A stretch of 63,583 nucleotides of DNA, filler included, from Reticulomyxa filosa (Eukaryota > Protista > Foraminifera): NCBI GenBank assembly GCA_000512085.1. It is 20 parts of 20 records of this genome, joined end to end, with 100 filler letters (N's around TTAATTAATTAA, not from the genome) between each part and the next. Parts side by side here need not be neighbours in the genome. Positions count along the whole stretch, not along the records: positions 9,077 to 13,904 come from ASPP01008955.1; positions 14,005 to 15,846 come from ASPP01015560.1; positions 15,947 to 17,391 come from ASPP01022790.1; positions 17,492 to 25,240 come from ASPP01009102.1; 16 more parts are not named here. One strand, given 5' to 3'. The notes beneath the pieces were generated by a model that was not told where the DNA came from, ran no database searches, and saw only the letters and a list, made by a program, of their open reading frames with translations. Positions 12,853-25,205 of this stretch are shown piece by piece. Each line of letters starts with the position of its first letter. The stretch's first letter is position 1. The translations under genes and the position numbers were made by a program.

Positions 12853-13904
12853 TAGATTTGGATTCACTATTCACATTGTTGGAACTCTTTGTTTTTTTTG
12901 GAAGAGAAGCCAGCTTGTGATGTTGTTTACAAATCAATGGAATAGTTACTTCTTCGGTGCCATTGGCAGGGATGATATCTTGAGGCAATCGAATCGAGTT
13001 CCATCGAGGCAGAATTCCAACAAAGTTTTTGTCGATTTGGACCTCCACACGACGAATGGGAATGGGTGCAATGTTTTCAATTTTCAACTTCAGCATTGGT
13101 TCGTGGTTGGCACGACCCCAACATATTTGCACCTTCAATTTCTTTTCCAAATGCGAGGATTCACTCCACCCACAAAATGCTGTAAACGCGATTTCAGTTG
13201 TCGCTTGCGATCGTAATGAATTGCCTCCACTGTCTTTATCTTTGTCAGTCTTGGCCCCTTCCGATGGTTTATTTGGAAGTGCAGACGCTACTGTCGCTTC
13301 ACTGGGAATATAGGGTTTAGGTTTCACATCGCTCGATTATGAAGTCCTCGTCCCGCGTTTGGACCCTGCATTGCCAATTGCATGTTTGCAACAGCAGACG
13401 AGTCTCCAGCATCTTGCTTATGTTCATCCAAGTTCATTACCGATATGCTGTTCAACATACTCAAGTCCACCGGCAAAAAGTCTTCATCTCCTTTCGGCTT
13501 TATTTCTGACTCTGACTCTGGTTGCAGTTGGGGATCTCTCTCCATGGACGACTCGAAAGCAGCCTTTGTGTTTGGCTTTCCAGCGGACTTGTTACTACTG
13601 ACCAATATCTCTGGCGTTTTTGCGCGCTTCAAATCTGCAACTTGGGGTTTATTTGCAGTTATTGTTACAGGGAACGAGGGTGCGGGCAATGTCGGTTTGG
13701 GACCAACCACGAACTGGGGTTGGTCTTGTGTGTTTTCCTCCAAGTCGTTGGAAAAAGGGTCGGAGGAGTTTTTCACGTGCTTGGAAGCGGATGGACTTTT
13801 CTTGGGCGATGTATGTCGACTATTGTTCTTGCTGCTTGTGTTGCTCTGTGGGTCATTTGTCACAGTCGATTTTGGATTGGAAGAGGAAGGGAAAGAAGAA
13901 GAAG
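12353..13904 (-). CDS. AP-1/AP-2 beta-adaptin-like protein: hinge plus C-terminal appendage, 5' truncated, frame break at about 13330
   Basis: LKIENIAPIPIRRVEVQIDKNFVGILP (sandwich subdomain) and EFIEKWTAVPE...IRLRLQVNNIICVHQRNVDRKGTIVY...VLSEV (platform subdomain; beta2 has FLATWKDIP...KLQNNNVYTIAKRNVEGQDMLY). Confidence 0.8.
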
Positions 13905-14004
13905 NNNNNNNNNNNNNNNNNNNNNNNNNNNNNNNNNNNNNNNNNNNNTTAATTAATTAANNNNNNNNNNNNNNNNNNNNNNNNNNNNNNNNNNNNNNNN
14001 NNNN

Positions 14005-14710
14005 CCAATACCAATACCAATACCAATGGCAATACCACTAACAGCAACAACAATAGCAATAGCAATAGCAATAGCAATAGCAATGGCAGTACGAATGATA
14101 GTAATACCCGCCCAGCTGCGCCAGTGAAGACGAAGAAACCGTCCCCTGTTCGGACAGGCGGTCTGATGGTGGCAAGAGTGCAAGCGAAAGACCAGGTGAG
14201 CACGCCGAGTCCGACCATGAAAACGAAACGTCATCGGACCAACAGCGACCCGAAGGAAGAGGACCGATTGGAGCGCAAAAAATCAAAGGTATCCACTGCT
14301 GCGGATAAACACAAAGACAAAGATAAAAGCAAGATGTCAATGAAAGCAAGCAAAAAAGCAAGCGTCGACCGAAACATAAGAAAAGCCCAAGTCGCCGCGC
14401 TATCTCCAAACGTAAAACGCTGGTATTCAATCGCCACAACGTAATCGGAACTACGCCGATCATATCGACAATGATGATGACGATGATGAAGATGAAGATG
14501 AAGATGAAGATGAAGATGAAGCAACGATGACGATGACGACGACGATGTTGACAATGGTAATAACAATAACAATAACAATGACAATGACAATGACAATGAT
14601 AACGATGAGAATGAAGATGATATGAACAACATCACACCGACCAAAGGGTATTCCTCTGACACTCCTTTAAGTGCATATCCGAGACAATCAAAGCACCAGA
14701 CACCTTCGAG
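14005..14710 (+). CDS. Hypothetical low-complexity protein fragment (N/S-, K- and D/E-rich), frameshifted, ending at a GT donor
   Basis: Codon-like repeats (AATAGC, GATGAA, AATGAC). Reads ...PLSAYPRQSKHQTPSR then gtactttta at 14711. Confidence 0.55.
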
Positions 14711-14726
14711 GTACTTTTATCTTACC

Positions 14727-14763
<37 letters not shown>

Positions 14764-14794
14764 ATTCAATACAAACAAAAAGATCAAAACGAAC

Positions 14795-15846
14795 AAAAGT
14801 CGTTTGGAATAAGTCTTTGCCGAATGCAGGACGTAGCACTTGGCGAGGATTTGTTGAAGCTGCTCGGCCGTGCCTTTGGTTTGAAAGAAGCGAACCAATT
14901 CGGCAATGGCGACAGCCATGACACAACGAACCTCGGCCATGCGGTCATCGCAAAGTTGGAATGCTAATGGAACAAGTTGGTCCATCACTTGTTCGGGTTC
15001 GTACAGCCAATAAATGTCATCCAATTGTCTATCCTTCCCCCCATTCCACATTCCATTCAACAACAACAACAACAACAAAAATATATGTACATATACACAT
15101 ATATGTATATATATATATATATTCACGTGCATAAAGAAACCATGACTCAACTCGGCCAGCAAAAGACGAATCCTCCAATTGATATCAGGCTCAGATCCGA
15201 GTTCCCACAGCATGCACAAATATTCCTTTCGTTTTGTGTCGCCGAGCACGCGTAGAATTTTCCAAAAGTTACTAAGTACGCCAACGCGAACCTTGTTTTG
15301 ATTGCGACATTTATTGAAACGTTGTGATCAAATAAATAAATGAAAACATATATAATACATTATATACATATACATATATATATATATATATATATGTATA
15401 TTTAGTATATATATATTTGATATGTTAAACGAACATCATCAACATCTTTGAGAAAGAAATCAATGGCAGAGAGCAAATACTGTTCGGTGAGCTGTGTTCC
15501 CAAGATATTGGCGATGTCGTGAATGGAATGTGCCAAAGTCTTGCGAGATTTGAAGGCCTTGTGAACCAAGAGATCAAACGTATCGTACAACTCGACCCAG
15601 CGACTCTGTCCAAGGGTCAAGACGACGCCAGGGAAATTGAACGCGCAGTGATGGAAGCACTCGTTATCTGCCTCGGTGCTCGACAAGCTCGGGATGCTGG
15701 TGTAGTACTTTAAAAATTCGCTGCTCACTTGGTCCGCTTTCAATGTCGACATAAATGGGCCCAGCTGTTCATACGCACTATTCCTCACCCAGCGTGAGTT
15801 TCTTTTTTTTTTTTTTTTTTTAAGTTTGTCAATTGCCATAGATTCG
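14795..15846 (-). CDS. PPP4R1: Protein phosphatase 4 regulatory subunit 1-like HEAT-repeat protein (internal fragment, at least 3 exons)
   Basis: SRWVRNSAYEQLGPFMST, HCAFNFPGVVLTLGQSRW, RKTLAHSIHDIANILG, FFLKDVDDVR, VGVLSNF, NWRIRLLLAE, LCDDRMAEVR. Confidence 0.88.
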
Positions 15847-16679
15847 NNNNNNNNNNNNNNNNNNNNNNNNNNNNNNNNNNNNNNNNNNNNTTAATTAATT
15901 AANNNNNNNNNNNNNNNNNNNNNNNNNNNNNNNNNNNNNNNNNNNNCTTTTTTCTGTGCAACCGTTGTGAATATGCCTTTATGGTTTGAACTAAAAATAC
16001 GCTCGTACACAAAAGCTCTGAACGTGTTGAAAGAAAGAAAGGCGCACAACCTGTCCATAAGCAAATGATTAATTTTAAAAAATTAGTTTGATTTTCTTTA
16101 ATGTGATATTTTAGAAATTTTGTAATCTGAGCAATGTTCAATTGTAAAAAAAATAGTTTTAATCATAATAGAGAAAGAGTTTTTTATCAATCGACAAAAA
16201 AAAATGTCCAAATCGGAAGTAATTTGAACAAAGTTTGATTCTTCAGTCTCGTCCAAAGCTTTAAAGTTGGTAGTCTTTTCGGTGGTTTGATCTGCCATAT
16301 TAGATTGTTAAAATAATCAATTCTTTTAAAGAAAAAGCAGTTATTTTTAAAAAATAAAAAATAAAGTTTTGTTAATGCAATAATAAAAAGAAGATCTTTT
16401 ATGCATAAGAGAAAATGATGTAGAAAAATATTTACTTATATAAAACCGTAAAATATAACAAAGATAATAAAGAGAAAGTTTACTGTATTAATTTTGAAAG
16501 AAAATAATTTTAAAATTGACAATTTTCGATCATTCAAAATAATGAAAATAAAGTGATTCACAAACTAAACTTAACTCCTAAAAGTTCAAAATCTCTCGAT
16601 AAATATTTCTGATGAATGCGAATAGCAGAAGTGGATTTAGCAGACTTGCTTTTGTGAGTATCGCACAAAGCTGTTTAGC

Positions 16680-17165
16680 GAAGTGGATTGTGATAACATG
16701 ATAAGACGCCTGATGATGCAAGAGAGTGAAATCAAAAGCTGTACGTGAAAGCGAAAGAGATTTTGTTGAGGTATCCAATGCTACTGGACATCATTATCAC
16801 CCTGATCAAAATTGTCGGAGACATATACGACCAGTTTTTCGAACTTTTGTGTTTGTTCGAGTTGGGCGATGTTTCTCTGTCCACGAGCTATATTTTCTTA
16901 GGTTAAAAAAAAAAAAAATATCAACTTTTTCTTCTCCTAAAAAAAATCTTTTTTATAACAACTTGAATGTATACGTACAAAAAAAAGGAGATTATGTAGA
17001 TCGCAACAAACAGTTATTAGAAACTATATGCTTCAATTACTTGTCAGTGGCGGAGGCAATCATCAATGGCAAAATAATTTATATGCACAGAGGAGATCTG
17101 TCTCCATCCGAACTCAAATCCACCAAAGTGCCCAACAGGGGACTCTTGTGCAATCTCTTATTGAC
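16680..17165 (+). pseudogene. Decayed PP1-type Ser/Thr phosphatase catalytic subunit
   Basis: DNMIRRL..ESEIK/LYVKAKEILLRYPMLLD...IKIVGDIYDQFFELLCLFE...YIFL|GDYVDRNKQLLETIC, then a jump to LSVAEAIINGKIIYMH...KVPNRGLLCNLL. GDIHGQ is altered to GDIYDQ, the RGNHE region is deleted, and there is a frameshift near 16737. Confidence 0.85.
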
Positions 17166-17565
17166 ATTGCCCCAGAATAAGAAGAAGAAGAAGATGCCAA
17201 ATAAAGTAGATCTCTTAGGATATCTACAAATAGGAAAAATAACATTGATGGTAAAGAATATTGAGAATCGATACGATGAAGATTACATAGAAACTCTGGT
17301 AAGTTTGTATAATAATAGCACAACATTGCATTAAAAAATGCGATCAAACATAAATTGAAACGAGTGAATAAAAAAAAAAAAAAACAATAGANNNNNNNNN
17401 NNNNNNNNNNNNNNNNNNNNNNNNNNNNNNNNNNNTTAATTAATTAANNNNNNNNNNNNNNNNNNNNNNNNNNNNNNNNNNNNNNNNNNNNTATATATAT
17501 ATATATATATGTATATATTTATTTCTATATATGGACCGCTGAAGATAAAAGTGGAATGAATGATC

Positions 17566-18159
17566 CTACCTATTGGCTCCACCATTGGTCAGAGATGGAG
17601 GTGGTGGATCGTGATCGCTCACTATTCCCATGTCAACACTTTGATGTCTCTTATAAGGCGTGGACCCGCCGTGGTCCACCTCTCCGAGTCGTAACGGCAG
17701 GGACATTATTCCGTACGTTGCTTTGGCTATTATTAAACCGGCGTTGGCAAGTACTGTCCCATCTGGCATCGTCGCTGTCACTTTGCTCTCTCTCTCTCGT
17801 GATTGAATTGCTGTGTTTATCATGTTCTCTCTCTCTGTTTGCGCTTTTTTGCGCTTGTAGTCATACAATTTCCGTAAATTTTCTTCCGTTTTTTCTTTGA
17901 ATCCGTGCTCGATATCATACTCCAAGCGCGTTATTGGGTTTGAAAGTATTTGATATGCTCTATTCAAATCTATTGCTGCGTTTCGATCGGACGTTGTTTT
18001 CTTACGGTCGGGATGCGCTTCTCGCTGCTTCGTTCGAAACATTCGCTTCAATTCAATTGGTTTCGCATCTGGCTTCACTCCCAGTATCTCGTACAAGTCT
18101 GCTTCCATAAGACCACCGCTCGACAATCGAGCGGTTCTCTGGCTCGTTTCTTCTGTCAT
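17566..18159 (-). CDS. DnaJ-domain protein, compact DNAJC11-like (J domain plus start of the DUF3395-type C-terminal domain), probably 3' truncated
   Basis: DLYEILGV...AHPDR...RAYQILSNPITRLEYD is a J domain with HPD. It is followed by KRKKAQTERENM...SRERES...GLIIAKATYG, resembling DNAJC11 KKQEAESAVRLM...EAEESRMGLIIVNAWYG. Confidence 0.75.
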   Translation of the reverse strand: MTEETSQRTARLSSGGLMEADLYEILGVKPDAKPIELKRMFRTKQREAHPDRKKTTSDRNAAIDLNRAYQILSNPITRLEYDIEHGFKEKTEENLRKLYDYKRKKAQTERENMINTAIQSRERESKVTATMPDGTVLANAGLIIAKATYGIMSLPLRLGEVDHGGSTPYKRHQSVDMGIVSDHDPPPPSLTNGGANR

Positions 18160-18606
18160 TTTCGGGGCAAAATTTGATTTGATGAAAAAAACAAACTGTT
18201 TACTACGTCGACTAACAATTGTTCAGTTTCATTGCAACTTTTTTTGTTTTGGAAGGCTAAGAGACTCCACAGATACACCAACTCTTTAAAACAGATAACT
18301 TGGAAACTGACAAAGTATATAACAATTGTGTATATTTTTGAAATTAATCAATTATATTTTATCAGTGCAATCCATCATGCGTTTTGTGTTAAGCAATAAG
18401 AAAAATATAATGTATTCTACGATTGATGACGTCGGCACAAAAAGTGTTCCAAAGATACTTTGTGATTATCCACCCAAAAGAATGCAAAAAGATTCGAACA
18501 GTGGTCCAGCTGTTAACAACAAAAAAGACTAAAAAAGCAATTGTCGTGGCCCCTTTGGCTAAAGATATTGCAATCGTTTAGCGTTGAAAAAGAATTTTTT
18601 TAAAAA

Positions 18607-19315
18607 ATGACTCAAGTTGTCGAAAAGGATGAAAAACAGCCGGAATTGCCACGAGTGATGATTTTGGGTGGCTGTGGCTTCATAGGAAGGCATTTAGTAC
18701 AGTATCTAATGGCAAGAAAAGCAGTATCCGAAATTAAAGTAGTAGACAAGCGAGCCCCAATGACAGCGTCCTTTTCAAAAGGAATGCTCGAACTGTTTAA
18801 AGATCCTGTGATAAAAGTGATTCAATGTGATCTGTCCAGAGCTGGTTGGTAAGACAAATGAAAAACACGGTGGACACCAGCAAACAATGGACAACTTTTT
18901 CAATTAAAAAAAAAAAAAATACGTACACAAAAAAAAAAAAAAAAACGAATTTAATCGAAAAGAAGAATTTGTTCGACGAGCCGGTGGAATAACATAATAA
19001 ACTTATGTGGTGAGACAAGGTTTGGACAAAGTGATCAAGAGTATCAAATAAAGTGTGTTGGAACGGCACTGAAATGTGCCGAAAAAGCGGCCAAGATGAA
19101 AGGTTTACTTAAGTGGATTGAAGTATCAACCGCCCAAGTGTATGAACCAAGAGAAACCCCAGCAGCCACTGAGACAGCCACCATCGCACCCTATACCAAA
19201 CTGGCGAATTTCCGGTTGGAGGTGGAGAAAAAATTGGAAGGATTCAAGTATGCGTTTAATACACGACGACATCATAATCTAAAGAATGTTTTACTATAAA
19301 AAAAAATTTTATTAT

Positions 19316-19348
<33 letters not shown>

Positions 19349-20330
19349 AAAGATTTCCAGTGGTGACATTGCGTCCAAGTATTGTCTATGGTCCTGGTGA
19401 TCAAACGGGAATAAGTTTTGCTATATCTTTTATCGTTTCTACCATTTCGCAAATATTTTCTTTTTTTAAATAAAAAATTAAAAAATGAAACAACGTGTTT
19501 TATACATACCTATGTACATGTATTGAATGTTTTAGCCCCGAGGTTGGTCTGTGCGGCTTGCTACAAACATGCAGGCGAAAAAATGAAATTTTTGTGGACT
19601 GCGAGTTTGAAAATCAACACGGTCCACGTTCGAGATGTCGCCGCCGCAATTTGGGTTGCTTGCACGGAGTCGAAACCGGGACGGTGTTACAATTTGTCGG
19701 ATAAAGGCAACACCAGTTATATGTTTTTTTTCTCTTTCGCAGCAAACGATATGAAAAACTGTACGATTATTATTTATCATTAACAAAACGTATTGCGTGT
19801 GTATGGCTTTGAATTACTTTTGACAGCACAAGGGTCATTGAATGCATTGATTGAAAAGATTTTTGGAATCAAAACAGGCTTTCAAAACACTGTGATGAAT
19901 GCCGCAGCTTCGAAAATGATGTCCTCGGCTGCAAAGTCGTGCAATGATAAACATTTGCCCATGTGGTCTGCAGTCATGAAAGTTAATGATAATTTTATTT
20001 TTTTTGTGCCAATATTCTGTCGAAGAGGTGTGATTATGGAAACTAATACATACGCAAACAGGAATACAACTTGGGTACAACTCCATTAAGTCCATATTTA
20101 GACGAAGAAATATTAACAAAAAATCATACTTCTGTCAATGGACAATATATCGAAAAAGATACTTCATTCAAATACAGTATCCCTGAGGTTATTTTTCCTT
20201 TTTTTTTGGTTTTTGAGTTGTGTACAAAATACGGTTTGTTCTCACGTAACAGATGACAGTCGAGCAATTGCAAGAAATTGTGGAAGAATTTATTGAGATG
20301 AATTACTTTCCCAACATTCGAAAAATGTAA
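18607..20330 (+). CDS. NAD-dependent epimerase/dehydratase (extended SDR), multi-exon, apparently complete
   Basis: VMILGGCGFIGRHLV, WIEVSTAQVY, VTLRPSIVYGPGD, NTVHVRDVAAA, YNLSDKGNT. The last exon MTVEQLQEIVEEFIEMNYFPNIRKM* ends at 20330. Confidence 0.9.
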
Positions 20331-21795
20331 TTTACAAGTGTGTGAGGTGAAAATATCTGTGCCAAGGAGTGCTTGTTCTTTTCTTTTGATTGTGTGCACT
20401 CCACAATGGCACAGAAAAAGGGGAGTTGAGAAAAAAGTACTCCACTATGCAGAAAGCAAATTACTGTAAACATTTGCCGTGGCATTTTTTTGTTCAATAT
20501 TTCAACAAGAAATAACGAATTTGAGCTGTTTCAAATTCAATTATGACCGATCAGCACTAGTTTCTTTACTATAATGATCATAATCACTTTTTCATTGCGA
20601 CATATCCACATAAATTTAAAAAATTATTTGTTATAATTTTTCGAATTTTTTTTTCACCAAATTAATTTTTTTCTAATCATATGTATTAATAAGTAATCTT
20701 GTTCTTAATACTACTTTCGTACCTAAATAAAATACATATAATGAATTAATGATAATTCTAAGTTTGAACAAAATGAACTATTGAACCCCCTATTGATTAA
20801 ACTTTGTTGACAGTAAAGCTTTTTGTTTTGACTTTTTCTTTGTTATATTGTCACTTATTTAATCTAATAAGTTTTTTTAACTTTATTAACGTTATCCTAA
20901 GTTAATTTTTTATTATTACGATAAGTCTTTTTAATATTTTTCATTCGAAAATTTATAAACTTTCATATTTGACATTAATTATTCATATATTCATTATAAA
21001 TTATAAAAGTATTTCAAAGAATTTTTTTTGACAACATTTTAAATTATTAAACATTTTTAAAAATAAAAAAAAATAAAAATTATAATATTTTGAGGCGTCA
21101 GCAGGAGTGACTTAAACAATTACAATTTTCAACATTAGTTTGGGTGTAGCGCCTGCAACTTTGAATTAGTAATTTGATCCATAAAGTTGTTAAAAAAAAA
21201 AAGTTTAATTTATAATTAAAATAAATTAGTTTTTATATAGAACTTAATATGACAACCTTTCTTAATAAAATTTTTTTTAAAAATGTTAAGTTGAGCAAAA
21301 GTCAACGACAAATTATAAACAATAAATATATTTCATAAATAGAAAGCTCTTAATATAATTCTTTTTCTTTAATTTTTAAAAAAATTCAATTTTCAAATTG
21401 AAAAAGGGACAGTTATGTTTGCATAATACTTTCAGTTGAAAAATGTAATTTTAAAAAAATGAATGAAAATTTATTTTATTTAAAATATAAATATTATTTA
21501 ATGTTTAATTTTTAGAATAAATTAATGAATTCACAAACTTGTTATAAAATTTTTCAATTGTTTAAAGCACTAACTCTTTCAAAAACATTCTATTAACTTT
21601 ATAAGCTTATGAATTTAAATTGTGGTAACACACCAAAGAAAATAGAAAATTCACACATTGAAAGAATATTTTGTATGCTCACGAAAGATAGTTAGAAATT
21701 TGTTTTGTTGTGTACAAATATCTACAACTTTCAGACTAGTACACTACAGCGCATTACAAGGGAATAAAAAAAACAAACTCAAAATTTGATCAGTG

Positions 21796-23255
21796 TTAAC
21801 AAAGAAGATACTTAAGAATATCTTCAAATTCCTGCTCAAAAACAGGGTTCAAATACAATAGAGAATATAAATTTGGTCTGAAATTTTCAGCAATGGATAA
21901 AAACACTCGCAAATCTTCTTTGGCACAAATTTCCAGTTCTAATATGAGATCCTGTTCAAATTTTTTCATGACTTGTGGATAAGTGGCTTCCGGTGGCACT
22001 TTTTCGGTAAAATCTGCAGTATTGCGGATGTGAGAAGTTTTGTCGTAAAATTGTAACAAATCTTTGTGATGATTTTCGATGTAGAGCAAAACCTCAGTTG
22101 CTCTGTGAAACAAAATGCGATGGTGAGTTTCAAGGAAGGTGACCTTCAAAGGCTTGGGTACATTGAAGACACCAAAAATAATGCATTGAATGGAAGGGGA
22201 GACCTGAGGTTCAAAAAAGATGCGATTCTTTTGACGAAAAAGGGACAAAGGAGGTTGATTGTCTAAATGGTTTGAGTTCATGTTTTCAAATTCGACTAAT
22301 TTTTCATCTCTGCTGAAGAGATAATTAAGTGTACTTTTGAGTTCACTCTCATTGTCATTATTGTTGTTATTAGTAGTAGTGCTTTTGGAAGGCAATGAAA
22401 GAGAAGGGTCTCTATGGGCGTGACTAAGTGCAGTGGTATCAGAAAGATCGACACTACTATTACTATTGATATTGCTGTTGTTGTTATCTTGCATTGGAAC
22501 TATCAAAGGCGATTTTGCCCCAAGCAATTTCGTTACACTTTGTTCTTGTTCCTGTTCTTCCCTATGTTCCCTTCCTTCCGTTCGATTTATTCTCGGAAAT
22601 TTTCTCGCACGGCAATGAGACAACGGTTGCAATCGCATCAGTTTACATTGGAGATAATTGTGTTTCTCTTGCGAGAATTGATGTGGCATCAATGTTTGAC
22701 AAACCAAAGAGGCGATATTCATATAACGTACTTTTTTTCTTTTTTATTTGTCGTCACCCCAAGCATATATGTACGCATCAAACAAACTCTTTCTCAGACC
22801 CAGCAAGGGGGGGGGGGAGTCCTACCAACAAGCAAGTTAACACAAACAAAATAAACAAGGCAATATCCGCAAAACTTTTTCCGCTCTTCATATTTTGACG
22901 TTTGACTTGTCGCGTCTTTTTGATCATTTGTATTGGATGTCCATGACGAATCTTCCTCCTGATTTTCAGCCACGCCTTCCGAATCCATTTCAGGTTCTGG
23001 CTCCAAAGTTTGTTGCGGGCGAAGATTACGTCCCAAGTTGGAGGCACTCGCGCTAGCGTTATGCAATGGCTTTGCTGATGACTTGACTGGGGTACGTCCT
23101 TTTTTAATTTATGTATGTATATATGTATGTATATGTATGTATGTATTTGTTCATTGGTTATAATTCTTGTTGTTTGTTTTGTTTTTTAAATATTCCCTCT
23201 TTTGTGTGCAAGAAAAAGAACAACGACTTTTGTGCACGGAATATAGAACAAAAGC

Positions 23256-23297
<42 letters not shown>

Positions 23298-24200
23298 ATA
23301 GAGAACTTGCACTATGAGAGTTTTGAATTTCGATAAAATGCAAGGAAATTAAAGTACTGGGTCCCGGTGCAGCGTACAGTTCATCGTGCAACAAATGGAT
23401 AGCACTGCTATCACATAAAAACTGGGTGAACAGACGATTGAGCTGAGAAGGACTTTGATAATGACGTCTGGATGGACGCTGAAACAAGGCCTGTTTGAGA
23501 TTGGATTTGCTGCTGCTTTCGGTTTTTGGAGTGGCGAGCAGCTCGTTAGGAATGGGCTGTTTGGTGTTCGAATTGTACAAAGAAACAACTGTCGACGCGT
23601 CGACAACGATGCCTTGAAGGAACAGCTCTGGGACGTAGTAGTCGTGTAGTCGATTCGGATTGTCTGCAGTCACCGCGTAGCGAGACAAATGCTTTTGCAA
23701 AGGCGTGCAAAACAGTGCCAATGTGTTGATTAAGCGGTTGATTTCCGTCGAATCATTTCCGATCAAAAGTGTCCGTCCTCCGGTTTGCAAATGCGATGTT
23801 AATATTTGTGACAGCCTTTTCTTACGATTTTCGTCCAATGCCTCGCTAAACCATGTGTCATCTTATTTATTTTCCATTCATTTGGTTTACAAGTATGTAC
23901 ATATTTGTGTATAAGTTTTTCGTACATGCATAGTATAACATAGCATAGTATGGTACATATGTACATATTTTTGTATATACAATAAATACCTAAAGAAATA
24001 ATTTGTGGTAATTTTGCTTGGAACATGACATCGAAGCGGTGAATGAGTTGTGACAGACGTAACTCGAAGCAAGGAAGTACGTTTCTCATGTATACTTCGT
24101 CCTCTTCGTTGATAACGTTCTCTTTTGGACATAAGAACATGTTGCATCCCGAATGGTCATGTTCGAAATTTATTCCCGCGGTGCAACTGTTCAAGTTCGA
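21796..24200 (-). CDS. C9orf72: C9orf72 homologue (DENN-like): central and C-terminal regions with low-complexity insertions
   Basis: ILTSHLQTGGRTLLIGNDSTEINRLINTLALFCTP...YVPELFLQGIV (human AISSHLQTCGCSVVVGSSAEKVNKIVRTLCLFLTP...YESGLFVQGLL). LYAAPGPSTLI (human MYAPYPTTHI). TFLETHHRILFHRATEVLLYIE...EDLRVFLSIAENFRPNLYSLLY (human TFLAQFLLVLHRKALTLIKYIE...GDLNIIMALAEKIKPGLHSFIF). Confidence 0.88.
23255..23300. repeat. (GATA)n microsatellite in an intron
   Basis: Direct reading of the sequence. Confidence 0.95.
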
Positions 24201-24372
24201 AGGGTCTGTGCTCGAACTCACGGTGCTAGCCATCGCCGAAATTTTCGTTGGCAGTTCATACGTCTGTGATAAGTTGTTGAGGCTGGTTGGATTATTCGTG
24301 AAATTGGGACCAGGAGGGATCTGAAGATTAGAGTCGAGATCAACTTCATTTATGTTGTTATTAGTAGTTGCA

Positions 24373-24381
24373 TTATTATTA

Positions 24382-24452
<71 letters not shown>

Positions 24453-24453
24453 G
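24373..24453. repeat. (AAT)n microsatellite encoding poly-Asn on the minus strand
   Basis: About 27 triplets read directly. It lies between the Unkempt-like and C9orf72-like halves of ORF 23799-25133. Confidence 0.95.
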
Positions 24454-25205
24454 TCATCACCATTGCCATTGCAAGTATTAGACTTGTCTATCGCCACAAT
24501 TTGATTGTCCTTTGTATCTTCTTGATCCTCGTCAATCAACACCTTGTCCAACGTACCTTTTGTCGCAGTGACGTCACCAGACACTGATAAAAGGCTCCCA
24601 TTTCTGGCGTCGACAGCAACAGCAGCAACAGCAACAGTTTTATCAATAGAGACAGTTTGCTTGAGCGAATGAGTGGGAAGACTGACATGGTGATCATGAC
24701 TATTGACAGGTGTGTTGGCATTGGTACCGACATTCGTATTTGCGCCTGCATTCGCACCCCCTCGTCGATTCGTCGGCGAGCGAATGTCTTGTTGCCCATG
24801 GGCGTGAGTGCAGTAGTAGCCCCATTTACACCGGTTACCCGAGGGGTTGGTATAGTTCATGCACATCGAGGTTTTATATATATTTGGATGGTACATTTGT
24901 TCCAAAATGGTGTGGGAATATGGACACAGGTCGCCATTGGCGCAGCGCGTTTGCGGCAGCCACTTCAAGCTGCCAATGGGTTTCACTTGTGGACACGCTT
25001 CCTCCGAGTACAAAAACGTGCTTCCAACTATCGGATTCCGGCGTCTTTCGCCCTCGTGATGGTACAGCTCGCAAATCACTTTTTCCGGACAATTGCGGCG
25101 ATAAGGACAAGCAAACACCTTGTAACGTAGCATGAAGAAGCAAATATTTTCACGACGCGTCGGAAATGGACTAATCCATGTTTTCGATGTGGGTTGTCTT
25201 CTTCG

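Noticed and set aside
13320-13335. Euplotes-type +1 programmed frameshift
   Set aside because: The required shift is -1 and there is no AAA-TAR motif.
16726-17334. 202-aa ORF as a functional phosphatase
   Set aside because: It reads through an intron, the true N-terminal homology is in another frame, and catalytic motifs are lost.
21085-21165. GC-richer island as a tRNA or other ncRNA
   Set aside because: No cloverleaf or T-loop consensus could be formed.
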